DNA of 32,000 bases from Demequinaceae bacterium (GCA_965250005.1 OZ252279.1:1260001-1292000), one strand, 5' to 3'; shown: positions 7,462-18,617, numbered from the stretch's first letter. The notes: a model not told the origin generated them from the letters alone. Translations and numbers: made by a program.

Positions 7462-8505
7462 ATGCGGAAGACAATCCGCACACTCACCATCACCGCTCTT
7501 GCGGCATCAGCTGCGACCATGTCGGCGTGCACGCCGGATACGACAGACACCGCGTCGACTACCGTCACCGTCGTCACCCACGACTCGTTCGATGTTTCAG
7601 CATCGGTGCTCGCAGCATTCGAGGCGGAGTCCGGTCTAAACGTCGTCTTCACGGCGCCCGGTGACTCGGGCACACTAGTGAACCAGTTGGTGCTCACCAA
7701 GGACAGTCCACTCGGCGACGTGGTCTACGGGATCGACAACACGTACGCATCGCGGGCGGTCGAGGCAGGAGTGATCGCCCCCTACGAACCCACATCCCCC
7801 GCAGTCGCGGATGGCGCCCCGTACGCCTTTGTTGGGACCGAGGGATTGACGGCAGTGGATTTCTCGGACGTGTGCGTGAACGCCGACGTCGCATGGTTTG
7901 CCGAGCGGGATCTCGCGATTCCCCAGACGCTCGACGATCTCGCAGCGCCCGAATACGCGGGGCTCCTCTCGGTCCCCAACCCCGCGACGTCATCGCCGGG
8001 ACTCGCCTTTTTGCTTGCCACGGTGGCCGCCAAAGGGGACGAATGGCCCGAATACTGGCAGGCCCTCGTCGCGAATGATGTGCGGATAACGGCATCCTGG
8101 TCGGACTCCTACTTCGTCGATTTTTCAGCACCAAACTACGGAGGCGACTACCCGCTGGTTCTGAGTTACGCCTCGTCCCCGCCGTTTGAGGCTGTCGATG
8201 GCGTCTCGCCCACGACCGCCATCCTCGGTACGTGCTTCAGGCAAGTCGAGTACGTCGGGCTCGTGCGCGGCGGAGACAACCCCGCAGGTGGCCAAGCCGT
8301 GATCGAGTGGATGCTCTCCGACGCGTTCCAGAACGGGGTCGCGACGTCCATGTACGTGTATCCGATTTCAAGCGCGGTCTCGGTGCCCGATGACTGGGCG
8401 AAGCTGGCACCGCTGAGTCAAGCCCCGTGGACGCTCGACCCCGCCATCATCGCTCAGAATCGCACAGCGTATCTCGCTGAGTGGACGTCACTCGTTATCG
8501 ACTAG
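7462..8505 (+). CDS. thiB: Thiamine/TPP ABC transporter substrate-binding lipoprotein (TbpA/ThiB family)
   Basis: Lipoprotein signal with lipobox ATMSAC. VTVVTHDSF..LAAFEAESGLNVVF...LGDVVYGIDN resembles E. coli TbpA (LTVYTYDSF..KKAFEA..ADVVLGLDN). Lies directly downstream of the TPP riboswitch. Confidence 0.8.
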   Translation: MRKTIRTLTITALAASAATMSACTPDTTDTASTTVTVVTHDSFDVSASVLAAFEAESGLNVVFTAPGDSGTLVNQLVLTKDSPLGDVVYGIDNTYASRAVEAGVIAPYEPTSPAVADGAPYAFVGTEGLTAVDFSDVCVNADVAWFAERDLAIPQTLDDLAAPEYAGLLSVPNPATSSPGLAFLLATVAAKGDEWPEYWQALVANDVRITASWSDSYFVDFSAPNYGGDYPLVLSYASSPPFEAVDGVSPTTAILGTCFRQVEYVGLVRGGDNPAGGQAVIEWMLSDAFQNGVATSMYVYPISSAVSVPDDWAKLAPLSQAPWTLDPAIIAQNRTAYLAEWTSLVID

Positions 8506-8511
8506 CCGCCG

Positions 8512-10158
8512 ATGAGAGCAACACGCGTGTCTGGCCCGTCGCCCCCACGGGCGGCGAGATGGGCCTTGCTCGCTGTGCCACTTGCATTCCTCGCACTGTT
8601 CTTCGTGTGGCCGCTTGGCGCGCTCGTGTGGCGCGCGCTCGCCGATGCGGGGCTAGCGGTCGACGCATCGACTCTCACCCTCGAGCGCACCTGGCGCGTT
8701 ATCGGGACTACCTTCGGACTCGCCGCAATCGGAACGTTCTTCGCGCTGCTGGTAGGGCTACCTGCGGCGTGGGCGCTGTTCACCATGCGCTGGAAGGGGC
8801 AGCGAGTGGTGCGAGCCCTCCTGAGCGTCCCGTTCGCTTTGCCTACCGTAGTGGTAGCCGCCGCCTTCTCTTCGTTGCTACGCCCATCAGGGTCGCTTGG
8901 CTTCCTCGGCGCAGATCAGACCCTGGCGGCCATCGGGATCGCCCTCGCCTTTTTCAACGTGCCTGTCGTGTTGCGCGTGGTCGGAGGCGGATGGGCGTCG
9001 CTCGATCACGGGACGGCGGTCGCGGCGCGGTCACTCGGCGCCAACCGATGGCAGGCGTTTAGGCACGTGACGCTTCCGGCGCTCACCCCCGCGCTCGTGT
9101 CCGCGGCCGCCATTGTCTTCTTGTTCTGTGCGACGTCATTCGGGATTGTGCTCATCCTCGGCGGCACACGCGTCTCGACCGTCGAAACCGAAATCTGGCT
9201 GCAAGTCAATCAGTTCCTCGATCTGCGCGCAGCCGCCGTCCTGGCAGTGATTCAAGTTGCGATCGTTGCGGCGACGCTGGGAGTTGCCGCATGGGCGCGA
9301 GCGCGGCGCGAGCGGCATTTGCGGCGACTCACCGAGGCATCCGACCGGCGGGCGGTCGGCGGTGATCGGCCGTTTGTGATCGTTGCGCTCGTTCCTGCGG
9401 CGGCGTTGTTCTTGCTGCCCATGTCCGCACTCCTGGAGCGATCGCTGCGAACGTCCGCGGGCTGGGGGGTCGATCACTATCTCGCGCTTGCCGTTGCTCC
9501 GAACGAAAGTGCGCTGTCGAGTCCTGTTTGGGAGGCAGCGCTGAACTCACTGGAGGCGGCGGCGATCGCAACGGCGATCGCTGTTGCCCTTGGGCTGATC
9601 CTTGCCCACGGCCTCACCCACACTCGACGGCCGGCATGGATTGACGGGTTGGCGATGCTTCCTCTCGGAGTGTCCGCCGTCGTCATCGGACTCGGCGTGT
9701 TGCTCACGCTCAACCGGCCTCTACCGGGTGGGCTTGACCTAGGGGACCCACGCATCCTCATCCCGGCCGCACAGGCGGTGATCGCGCTTCCTCTGGTTGT
9801 CCGGAGTCTCACGCCCAGCCTGCGCTCCGTCGATCCGGCGCTTCGCTCGGCCGCGGCTTCCCTGGGCGCGGGCCCATGGCGGATTTGGCGCGAGGTTGAT
9901 TGGCCGGCCGTTCGGCGCCCGCTCGCGCTGGCGTCGGGGCTCGCGGCCGCCGTCTCGCTCGGCGAGTTCGGAGCCACTAGCTTCCTCGCACGGCCGGACC
10001 ACCCGACACTGCCAACGGCGATCTTCCGATTACTATCAAGACCCGGGCTGGAGAATGTCGGTATGGCATTTGCCGCATCCGTGGTCCTGGCGCTTGTTAC
10101 CGGGGGCGTAATGCTCACAGCGGAACGATGGCGAAAGATCGAAAGGAGCGAGTTGTGA
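8512..10158 (+). CDS. thiP: Thiamine ABC transporter permease, duplicated (two-module) ThiP type
   Basis: 548 aa, about 12 TM, two tandem BPD-type permease modules (as in ThiP/FbpB). Sits between thiB and the ATPase. The stop overlaps the next start (GTGA at 10155-10158). Confidence 0.75.
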   Translation: MRATRVSGPSPPRAARWALLAVPLAFLALFFVWPLGALVWRALADAGLAVDASTLTLERTWRVIGTTFGLAAIGTFFALLVGLPAAWALFTMRWKGQRVVRALLSVPFALPTVVVAAAFSSLLRPSGSLGFLGADQTLAAIGIALAFFNVPVVLRVVGGGWASLDHGTAVAARSLGANRWQAFRHVTLPALTPALVSAAAIVFLFCATSFGIVLILGGTRVSTVETEIWLQVNQFLDLRAAAVLAVIQVAIVAATLGVAAWARARRERHLRRLTEASDRRAVGGDRPFVIVALVPAAALFLLPMSALLERSLRTSAGWGVDHYLALAVAPNESALSSPVWEAALNSLEAAAIATAIAVALGLILAHGLTHTRRPAWIDGLAMLPLGVSAVVIGLGVLLTLNRPLPGGLDLGDPRILIPAAQAVIALPLVVRSLTPSLRSVDPALRSAAASLGAGPWRIWREVDWPAVRRPLALASGLAAAVSLGEFGATSFLARPDHPTLPTAIFRLLSRPGLENVGMAFAASVVLALVTGGVMLTAERWRKIERSEL

Positions 10159-10808
10159 ACGGACTCGAGTTGGTCGGCGCCAGCGTTACGTACCGGAGTG
10201 CCCCGCCGGTCAATGCGGTACAGGACGTAAGCCTGTCGATCGCGCCCGGCGAGGTCGTTGCACTTCTGGGCCCGTCCGGCTGCGGAAAGTCGACACTCCT
10301 CGCCGCGATTGCTGGCATCGTTCCCTTGACGAGCGGCTCGATACTTTGGGACGGAGATGATGTCGAAGACACCCCTGTCCACGAACGAGGCTTCGGTCTC
10401 GTGTTCCAAGACGGGCAGTTGTTCCCGCACCGCAATGTCGCCCGCAACGTCTCGTTCGGACTCGAGATGGCCAAGGTCGCGATTGCCGAGCGCGAGGTCC
10501 GCGTCGCGGAACTTCTCACCGTGGTTGGCCTGCCCGATCACGGCTCCCGACGGATCGACGAGCTGTCAGGCGGCGAGCGACAGCGCGTCGCCCTCGCACG
10601 GTCGCTCGCGCCGCGCCCGCGCCTGCTACTGCTAGATGAACCTCTGAGTTCTCTGGATCGCGTGCTGAGGGATCGGCTCGCGCAGGATGTGCACGACATC
10701 CTTGCTGAGACACACACCACGGCTATCGTCGTGACGCACGATCATGACGAGGCCGCAGCTATCGCGTCGCGCACGATCGTGATGGAAGCTGGTCGGATCG
10801 AGGATTAG
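10155..10808 (+). CDS. thiQ: Thiamine ABC transporter ATP-binding protein
   Basis: Walker A GPSGCGKST, signature LSGGERQRVALAR, Walker B LLLLDEP, H-loop VTHD. GTG 10155 is chosen over ATG 10128 because of the 4-nt overlap coupling with thiP. Confidence 0.8.
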   Translation: MNGLELVGASVTYRSAPPVNAVQDVSLSIAPGEVVALLGPSGCGKSTLLAAIAGIVPLTSGSILWDGDDVEDTPVHERGFGLVFQDGQLFPHRNVARNVSFGLEMAKVAIAEREVRVAELLTVVGLPDHGSRRIDELSGGERQRVALARSLAPRPRLLLLDEPLSSLDRVLRDRLAQDVHDILAETHTTAIVVTHDHDEAAAIASRTIVMEAGRIED

Positions 10809-10847
10809 CGCGCACGTCAGCGCCAGAACGCCGCGCATGCCGCCGAA

Positions 10848-11291
10848 CTAACAATCGCAGTGAATGACCTGGCCGTCCGGTGATGCCGGTGCCGTGAGCG
10901 GGTCTGGAACACGCGTAACGTCGCCCTCCGCCGCATCCACCGGCAGGCCCTCGCGTGCCCAGTACTCGAAACCGCCGATCATCTCCTTCACCGCGTACCC
11001 AAGAGAGGCGACCACGTGTGCCGACTTGGTCGCGCCGTTGCACCCCGGGCCCCAGCAGTAGATGACGAACTCGATGTCGGCCGCGTACTCGGCGGGAATC
11101 CTGCGCGCCATGTCGACGCGCGGCATGTGCACGGCGCCGCGCACGTGACCCTGGTTCCACGCTGCGTCACCGCGGCTGTCGAGCAGTACGAATGTAGCCG
11201 TCCCATGGTCCAGCGCCTCGTGCACGTCAGAAGCGTCGTACTCGAAGTCCATCTTGGCGGCAAAGTAGGCCGCGGCGTCGTCATTGGTCAT
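10848..11291 (-). CDS. Single-domain rhodanese-like sulfurtransferase
   Basis: 147 aa. FVLLDSR....W.QGHVRGAVHMP and the active-site loop VIYCWGPGCNGATK (Cys plus a 6-residue loop) followed by GGFEYW. Confidence 0.7.
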   Translation of the reverse strand: MTNDDAAAYFAAKMDFEYDASDVHEALDHGTATFVLLDSRGDAAWNQGHVRGAVHMPRVDMARRIPAEYAADIEFVIYCWGPGCNGATKSAHVVASLGYAVKEMIGGFEYWAREGLPVDAAEGDVTRVPDPLTAPASPDGQVIHCDC

Positions 11292-11384
11292 GGCGCCAGG
11301 ATACGGCGCGGATGGGGCCAGGCCGGCCGAGTCTAGTGCGGGGGCGGACGCCCCCGCGGGCCCTCAGTTCGCGGCGCCGTACCC

Positions 11385-11411
11385 AAAGTTGAGTATGTAT
11401 CGCTCAACTTT
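11385..11411. promoter_or_regulatory. HAIR-like inverted repeat (HspR operator), distal copy
   Basis: AAAGTTGAGT-atgtatc-GCTCAACTTT. The 9-bp arms are perfectly complementary. It resembles the HspR-associated inverted repeat CTTGAGT-N7-ACTCAAG. Confidence 0.7.
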
Positions 11412-11447
11412 CGCGATCTCACTTGACTTTGGCCTCAAATCCCCCAT

Positions 11448-11470
11448 ACTTGAGTCTTAGTGGCTCAACT
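11448..11470. promoter_or_regulatory. HAIR-like inverted repeat (HspR operator), proximal copy
   Basis: aCTTGAGT-cttagtg-GCTCAACt, 25 nt upstream of the dnaK ATG. The left arm matches the HAIR consensus half-site exactly. Confidence 0.75.
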
Positions 11471-11494
11471 TGGAGCCCGAAGGAAGGAACACGC

Positions 11495-13348
<1,854 letters not shown>

Positions 13349-13408
13349 CCGAGTGCTGGGCGTGAGGGCGCTTACCCTCACGCCCTCCTCGCGCAACATA
13401 GGAGCGCC

Positions 13409-13996
13409 ATGACTGACAAGAATCCCGCGGCCGACGAGCCGCAAGACCCATCCACCGGAGCGGCGGCGAAGTCAACCGCGGACGCCAAGGCCGTGGCTGA
13501 CGCGGAGGCGATCATTGCTGACGCTGCCGAGACCATCGAGGACGCTCCTCCGGCCCGGCCGACGAGCCCGCTCGAGGCAGCCGAAGCATCAGCAGCCGAG
13601 CACCTCAACGATCTTCAGCGCCTCCAAGCTGAATTCGTCAACTATCGCAAGCGCGTCGATCGCGACCGCGCGCAGGTGAGCGAGTTCGCCGCAGCCAAAG
13701 TCATCGAGTCCCTCATCCCGGTGCTCGACGACGTCCACGCGGCGCGCGACCATCAGGAACTCGAAGGCCCGTTCTCCGCAATCGCGGACAAGCTTGAAGC
13801 CGCCCTCGAGCGACTTGGGTGGAGCTCCTATGGCGCGGAAGGCGAGCATTTCGACCCCGCGTTGCACGAGGCGCTGGTCTCAACCCCCGAAGAGGGCGTC
13901 AAGGAGCCGACCATCAAGCAGGTTGCCCAACCTGGCCACAAACTGGGTGACAAGGTGCTGCGGCCCGCCCGCGTCATCGTCGCTCAGCCCGAATAG
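13409..13996 (+). CDS. grpE: Nucleotide exchange factor GrpE
   Basis: 195 aa. LQRLQAEFVNYRKRVDRD.. and the C-terminal FDP.LHEA....G.KLGD.VLRPA.V are GrpE hallmarks. Occupies the dnaK-grpE-dnaJ position. Confidence 0.93.
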   Translation: MTDKNPAADEPQDPSTGAAAKSTADAKAVADAEAIIADAAETIEDAPPARPTSPLEAAEASAAEHLNDLQRLQAEFVNYRKRVDRDRAQVSEFAAAKVIESLIPVLDDVHAARDHQELEGPFSAIADKLEAALERLGWSSYGAEGEHFDPALHEALVSTPEEGVKEPTIKQVAQPGHKLGDKVLRPARVIVAQPE

Positions 13997-14038
13997 CTCC
14001 CGTGCCGGCCGTGCACGCTCAACCCGGAAGGAGGCACC

Positions 14039-14977
14039 GTGACTAGTCAGGATTGGTTCAGCAAGGACTTCTACAAGACGCTCGGCGTGCCCAAGGGCGC
14101 AGACGAGACTGCCATCAAGAAGGCTTACCGCCAGCTCGCGCGCAAACTTCACCCGGATGCGAGTCCCGGCGACGCCAAAGCCGAGGAGCGGTTCAAGGAA
14201 ATCGGCGAAGCGTACGCAGTGCTGTCCGACAAGGAGCAGCGCAAACAGTACGACGCTGTGCGAGCCATGGGCGGCGGAGCGCGCTTCCAGTCGGGCGGCG
14301 GAGGCGCAGAAGACGCATTCAGTGGAATGTTCGGTGGTGGTGGCCGACGCAGTGGGGGCGGATCCACGCGCGGCTTCGAGGACATCCTCGGGGGAATGTT
14401 CGGTGGTGGCGGCTTCAACATGGGACCTCAGCCGGGTGCTGACCTGAACGCCGCCACAGAAGTCTCGTTTCGACAGGCCGCTGAGGGGGCGACCGTGCGC
14501 CTGCTCGTTGGCGCCAACGCGGTGTCCACGCGCATTCCCGTCGGCGTGCGCGACGGCCAGAAGATCAAGCTGCGAGGCAAGGGCCAGCAGAGCCCCAACG
14601 GCGGGCCGCCGGGCGACCTAGTCATCACCATTCACGTGGGCAAGCACCCCGTGTTCACGGCTGACGGCACGCACCTACGCGTCCGCGTCCCGATCACGTT
14701 TGACGAGGCCGCGCTCGGTGCCACCGTCGAGGTACCGACGCTCGACGGGTCGCGCGTCAAGATGAAAGTGCCGGCCGGCACTTCCTCCGGTCAGACGCTG
14801 CGCGTGAAGGGTCGCGGGCTCGCCGCCAAGGCGGGTACCGGCGACCTCCTCGCCACCATCGAGGTCCACGTGCCCCCGAAACTGTCGAAGGCCGCAAGGT
14901 CCGCGCTCAAAGAATTCGCCACCGCTACCGAGCGTGAAGACGTTCGCGAGAGTTGGCTGCGCGACGCGGCACAGTAA
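14039..14977 (+). CDS. dnaJ: J-domain co-chaperone DnaJ, class II architecture (no Cys-rich zinc-finger domain)
   Basis: J domain DFYKTLGV...[14 protein letters not shown]-rich region, then C-terminal beta domains ([13 protein letters not shown]). There is no cysteine anywhere in the 312 aa. GTG start with SD GGAAGGAGG. Confidence 0.9.
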   Translation: MTSQDWFSKDFYKTLGVPKGADETAIKKAYRQLARKLHPDASPGDAKAEERFKEIGEAYAVLSDKEQRKQYDAVRAMGGGARFQSGGGGAEDAFSGMFGGGGRRSGGGSTRGFEDILGGMFGGGGFNMGPQPGADLNAATEVSFRQAAEGATVRLLVGANAVSTRIPVGVRDGQKIKLRGKGQQSPNGGPPGDLVITIHVGKHPVFTADGTHLRVRVPITFDEAALGATVEVPTLDGSRVKMKVPAGTSSGQTLRVKGRGLAAKAGTGDLLATIEVHVPPKLSKAARSALKEFATATEREDVRESWLRDAAQ

Positions 14978-15027
14978 GTTGATAGAGATCACTGTGGTGA
15001 CCAAGGCTCGACAACAGGGAGGCGGCG

Positions 15028-15429
15028 ATGAAGCAGCCCAACATTGACGAGCCAGTCTTCCCCATATCCGCGGCCTCAGAACTTGCGGGAATGCACGCTC
15101 AGACGCTCCGCCAATACGACAGGCTCGGGCTGGTTGTTCCTGGACGGCGACGCGGTGGTGGCCGCCGCTACTCGCTGCGCGACATTGCCACCCTCCGCGA
15201 GGTCCAGCGCATGAGCCAAGACGAGGGCATCAATCTCGCTGGAATCGCCCGCATTCTCAAACTGACCGAGACCGTCGCGCGGCTCGAGGCCGAAGTTCAG
15301 AAGCTTCGGCCGCGCGCCGACGTCGGCTCCCGTGTGTTCACATCAGGTCCGTCCGGGAAGGTCGTCATCGTTGAGCGCGGCCACCGCGGGGATCGCGACG
15401 AGGGCAGGTCCCTCGTCGTGTGGCGATGA
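15028..15429 (+). CDS. hspR: MerR-family heat-shock repressor HspR
   Basis: 133 aa. The MerR HTH reads FPISAASELAGMHAQTLRQYDRLGLV.P.R..GG.RRYS.RDI..L. It is the last gene of the dnaK operon, and HAIR sites lie upstream of dnaK. Confidence 0.88.
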   Translation: MKQPNIDEPVFPISAASELAGMHAQTLRQYDRLGLVVPGRRRGGGRRYSLRDIATLREVQRMSQDEGINLAGIARILKLTETVARLEAEVQKLRPRADVGSRVFTSGPSGKVVIVERGHRGDRDEGRSLVVWR

Positions 15430-15574
15430 CGCCATCCTTCGCCACACCGCACGCGGCACGTTCACGCGACTGGACCGTCAGACTTCCATCGCGACCGGGC
15501 TCGAGCCCAACCTAGACTGACCTCATGCCCATCGATCTGGCGCGCGCGCCGACACCCGTGCGGCCGAATCGGTC

Positions 15575-16699
15575 GTGCACCTCAACAACGCTGGCGCCTC
15601 GCTCCCACCTGCCGCCGTGATAGACGTGGTTCACGAGCAGCTCCGGCAAGACGAGGAGCTCGGCGGCTACGAAGCTCACGAGAACGCGGCAGACAAACTT
15701 GCGGAAGCCCACGCGTCGGTTGCCTCCCTAGTGGGCGGAAAGCCCGAACAAGTCGCTTTCCTCGATAGTTCCACGCGAGCGTGGCAGACGGCGCTCTACT
15801 CGCTGCCATGGAAGGAGGGCGATCACATTCTGGCGTCCGAGGCCGAGTACCCCTCGAACGTTTACGCATTTCTGCACCTGCGTGATCACTTGGGCGTTGA
15901 GACCACCTACGTACCCGACGACGAGCACGGGCAGATTAACGTAAATGCGCTACAGGCGGCAATCCGGCCAAAGACGCGCCTCATCGCTCTCACACACATT
16001 CCAACGTACGGCGGCCTCATCAACCCAGCCCAGCGCGTGGGTGAGATCGCGCGGGGCGCAGGCGTCTTGTTCCTGCTCGACGCTTGCCAGAGTGTGGGGC
16101 AACTTCACATCGACGTCGAGGAAATCGGCTGCGACATGCTCACCTCCGCCGGCCGCAAGTACCTTCGAGGACCGCGCGGAACTGCCTTCCTGTGGGTGCG
16201 CAATGAACTAAGTACGGCCATGAGCTCCGCGTTCTCGGACAACCATGCGTCCAGTTGGACCGCACCAGAAGCATTTGTGCCTGCGCCATACGCGCAAAGG
16301 TTCGAGCCGTTCGAGAGCTCACGAGCGCTTCACCTGGGCCTCGGCGCAGCAGCGCAATACGCCATGAGCATCGGTACAAGAAACATCGAGGAGAGGGTCA
16401 TTGCGCTCGGCGCCAGCCTGCGATCCGGCCTTGAAGAAATCCGGGGTGTCGAGATTCACGATCGCGGTGAGCGCCGAGGAGGGATAGTGACGTTCACCGT
16501 CGACGGGTTCGCGCCCAGCGCCGTCAAGACGGCTCTAGGCCACGCGCACATCAACACATCGATAACGTCGACGGGGTCGGCGATGCGAAACTTCCCTAAA
16601 CGTGGTCTGACCGATGTCTCGCGCGCATCCGTCCATTACTACAACACCGACGAAGAAATCGCTGCAACAACGGATGTGATCCGCGCGCTCGTCGCTTAG
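15575..16699 (+). CDS. Class V aminotransferase-fold PLP enzyme (cysteine desulfurase / C-S lyase-like)
   Basis: VHLNNAGASLPP, ALTHIPTYGG, LLDACQSVGQ, and the PLP-lysine region SAGRKYLRGPRGTAFLWV. The start is uncertain: GTG 15575 is the only in-frame start (see finding on 15518-15580). Confidence 0.75.
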   Translation: MHLNNAGASLPPAAVIDVVHEQLRQDEELGGYEAHENAADKLAEAHASVASLVGGKPEQVAFLDSSTRAWQTALYSLPWKEGDHILASEAEYPSNVYAFLHLRDHLGVETTYVPDDEHGQINVNALQAAIRPKTRLIALTHIPTYGGLINPAQRVGEIARGAGVLFLLDACQSVGQLHIDVEEIGCDMLTSAGRKYLRGPRGTAFLWVRNELSTAMSSAFSDNHASSWTAPEAFVPAPYAQRFEPFESSRALHLGLGAAAQYAMSIGTRNIEERVIALGASLRSGLEEIRGVEIHDRGERRGGIVTFTVDGFAPSAVKTALGHAHINTSITSTGSAMRNFPKRGLTDVSRASVHYYNTDEEIAATTDVIRALVA

Positions 16700-16705
16700 G
16701 GTGAT

Positions 16706-17680
16706 TTGGTGACTTCAGACAACGCAGTCGAGGCCGAGGGCCTCGTCAAGAATTTCAAGGAAACCAAAGCTCTCACGGGAATAGACCTTGCCGTACCGCG
16801 CGGCACGGTACTCGGAGTCCTCGGGCCCAATGGTGCTGGCAAGACCACGGCTGTACGCATTCTCGCCACGCTCCTACGCGCCGATGCGGGCCGGGCAATG
16901 GTTGCTGGCTACGACGTCGCCAAGCACCCACAGCGTGTTCGCGAGCGCATCGGTCTTACAGGGCAGTACGCCTCTGTCGACGAGGACCTCACGGGACGCG
17001 AGAATCTCCACATGATCGCGGGGCTTCTCAACTTCACGGGCGCCGACGGCAAGGTGCGCTCGGCCGAGTTGCTCGACTGGTTTGACCTCGCCGAAGCCGC
17101 CGACCGCAAGGTAAAAGGATATTCGGGCGGTATGCGGAGGCGGCTTGATCTTGCCGCGAGCCTCATCGGTCGGCCCGAGATCGTGTTCCTCGACGAGCCG
17201 ACAACTGGCCTCGACCCCGCCAAACGCGAGGACATGTGGGACGTGGTGCGCGGGATCGTCAGCGAGGGGACGTCGGTCCTGCTCACGACGCAGTACCTTG
17301 ACGAGGCAGACGCACTAGCCGATGACATCATCGTCATCAACCACGGAACGGTGATCGCGCACGACACTGCCGACAACCTCAAGCGCGTAGTCGGGTCGCA
17401 GACACTCCAGGTACGACCATCGCACGCGGTCGACGCTTCCAAGGTCAAGTCGATCCTCACGTCTGTCGCACCTGGCGCCAAGGTCGACGAACCCCGCAAG
17501 GGCCTGTTCTCCGTGCCAGTTCCAGGCGACGGCGTGCTGGCCGCGGCGGTCACTGCGCTCAAGAAGGAGAAGGTTGACGTGACCGAACTTGCGTTGCGTT
17601 TGCCCAGCCTTGACGAAGCCTTCTTCGCTCTGACAGGCGAGAGAGAACCCGACGCCACTGACGAGGAGGATGCGGCATGA
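16706..17680 (+). CDS. ABC transporter ATP-binding protein, DrrA-like (ABC-2 exporter ATPase)
   Basis: Walker A GPNGAGKTT, Q-loop GLTGQY, signature YSGGMRRRLDLA, Walker B IVFLDEPTTGLD. TTG 16706 or GTG 16709 start. ATGA overlap with the permease gene at 17677. Confidence 0.85.
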   Translation: MVTSDNAVEAEGLVKNFKETKALTGIDLAVPRGTVLGVLGPNGAGKTTAVRILATLLRADAGRAMVAGYDVAKHPQRVRERIGLTGQYASVDEDLTGRENLHMIAGLLNFTGADGKVRSAELLDWFDLAEAADRKVKGYSGGMRRRLDLAASLIGRPEIVFLDEPTTGLDPAKREDMWDVVRGIVSEGTSVLLTTQYLDEADALADDIIVINHGTVIAHDTADNLKRVVGSQTLQVRPSHAVDASKVKSILTSVAPGAKVDEPRKGLFSVPVPGDGVLAAAVTALKKEKVDVTELALRLPSLDEAFFALTGEREPDATDEEDAA

Positions 17681-18513
17681 GCGCCCCGAGCGCCCCGCCC
17701 GAGCACGCGACCACCTCAGATGTAACTCACGGCGTCGGCACGATTGCGCGTCGGCCGCTGGACATCGTTCGGCACGCCACAATCCTTGCGCGGCGATCCG
17801 TCACCAAGATTTTCAGGACTCCCGAGGGGCTCATTGACGTCACCCTCGGCCCGATCATGTTCATTTTCCTGTTCACCTTTATCTTTGGTGGCGCTGTTGC
17901 TGGCTCGAGCGAGAACTACGTGCAGTTCCTTGTGCCGGGCATCATCGGCCAGAACATTGCATTTGCTTCCGTTGGAATCGGCATCACGCTCAATGCGGAC
18001 ATCGAAAAGGGAATTTTCGACCGATTCCGGGCGCTTCCGATCGCGCGCCTCGCTCCGCTGCTGGGTGCCGTGTTCGGTGACGTCGTGCGCTACGTGCTCC
18101 TGATCACCGTGATGCTCGGCACTGGGTTCGCGCTTGGCTTCCGAGTCGAGACGTCGCCTTGGCACGCCGCAGGCGCGGTCGTGCTGGCCATCACCTTTGC
18201 TTTGTCTCTCGCATGGGCGCCAGTTTTGGTCGGCCTTCTCGCGCGCACCCAGCAGGCCGTTCAAGGCATCGTATTCATGACCCTATTTCCTCTCACGTTT
18301 GCGTCAAGCGCGTTCGTTCCAACGGAGACCATGCCGAGTTGGCTCGCGGCGTTCGCCGATGCAAATCCACTGTCCCACCTTGTAGGTGCTATGCGCGCTT
18401 TGTTCGGCGGTGGGGAATGGCAAGCGCACACGGTCTGGACGCTCGGTTGGTGCGTCGTTTTCCTCGTGGTTTTCATGCCGCTCGCAATCCGCGCGTACAA
18501 CCGCCGGGCGTAG
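17677..18513 (+). CDS. ABC-2 type transporter permease (DrrB-like)
   Basis: 278 aa, six hydrophobic segments. Translationally coupled to the preceding ATPase. The ABC-2 family assignment comes from architecture and context. Confidence 0.75.
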   Translation: MSAPSAPPEHATTSDVTHGVGTIARRPLDIVRHATILARRSVTKIFRTPEGLIDVTLGPIMFIFLFTFIFGGAVAGSSENYVQFLVPGIIGQNIAFASVGIGITLNADIEKGIFDRFRALPIARLAPLLGAVFGDVVRYVLLITVMLGTGFALGFRVETSPWHAAGAVVLAITFALSLAWAPVLVGLLARTQQAVQGIVFMTLFPLTFASSAFVPTETMPSWLAAFADANPLSHLVGAMRALFGGGEWQAHTVWTLGWCVVFLVVFMPLAIRAYNRRA

Positions 18514-18617
18514 CACGCACACGGTTTAGACCAGCGGCGTAAGATCGTGGGCAGCATCAGGCCACCACGTGTGCAGACGCGGTCTATCCACGCATCGACC
18601 CGAGTAGGATTCCCCTC

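Noticed and set aside
9477-10541. 354-aa antisense ORF spanning thiP/thiQ
   Set aside because: It overlaps two well-supported ABC transporter genes on the opposite strand. It has no recognisable motifs, and its Arg/Ser/Ala-rich composition is typical of a GC artefact.
16909-17782. 265-aa and 155-aa minus-strand ORFs over the DrrA-like ATPase and the start of the permease
   Set aside because: They are antisense to genes with complete Walker A/B and signature motifs. Their Ser/Arg-rich nonsense composition points to an artefact.
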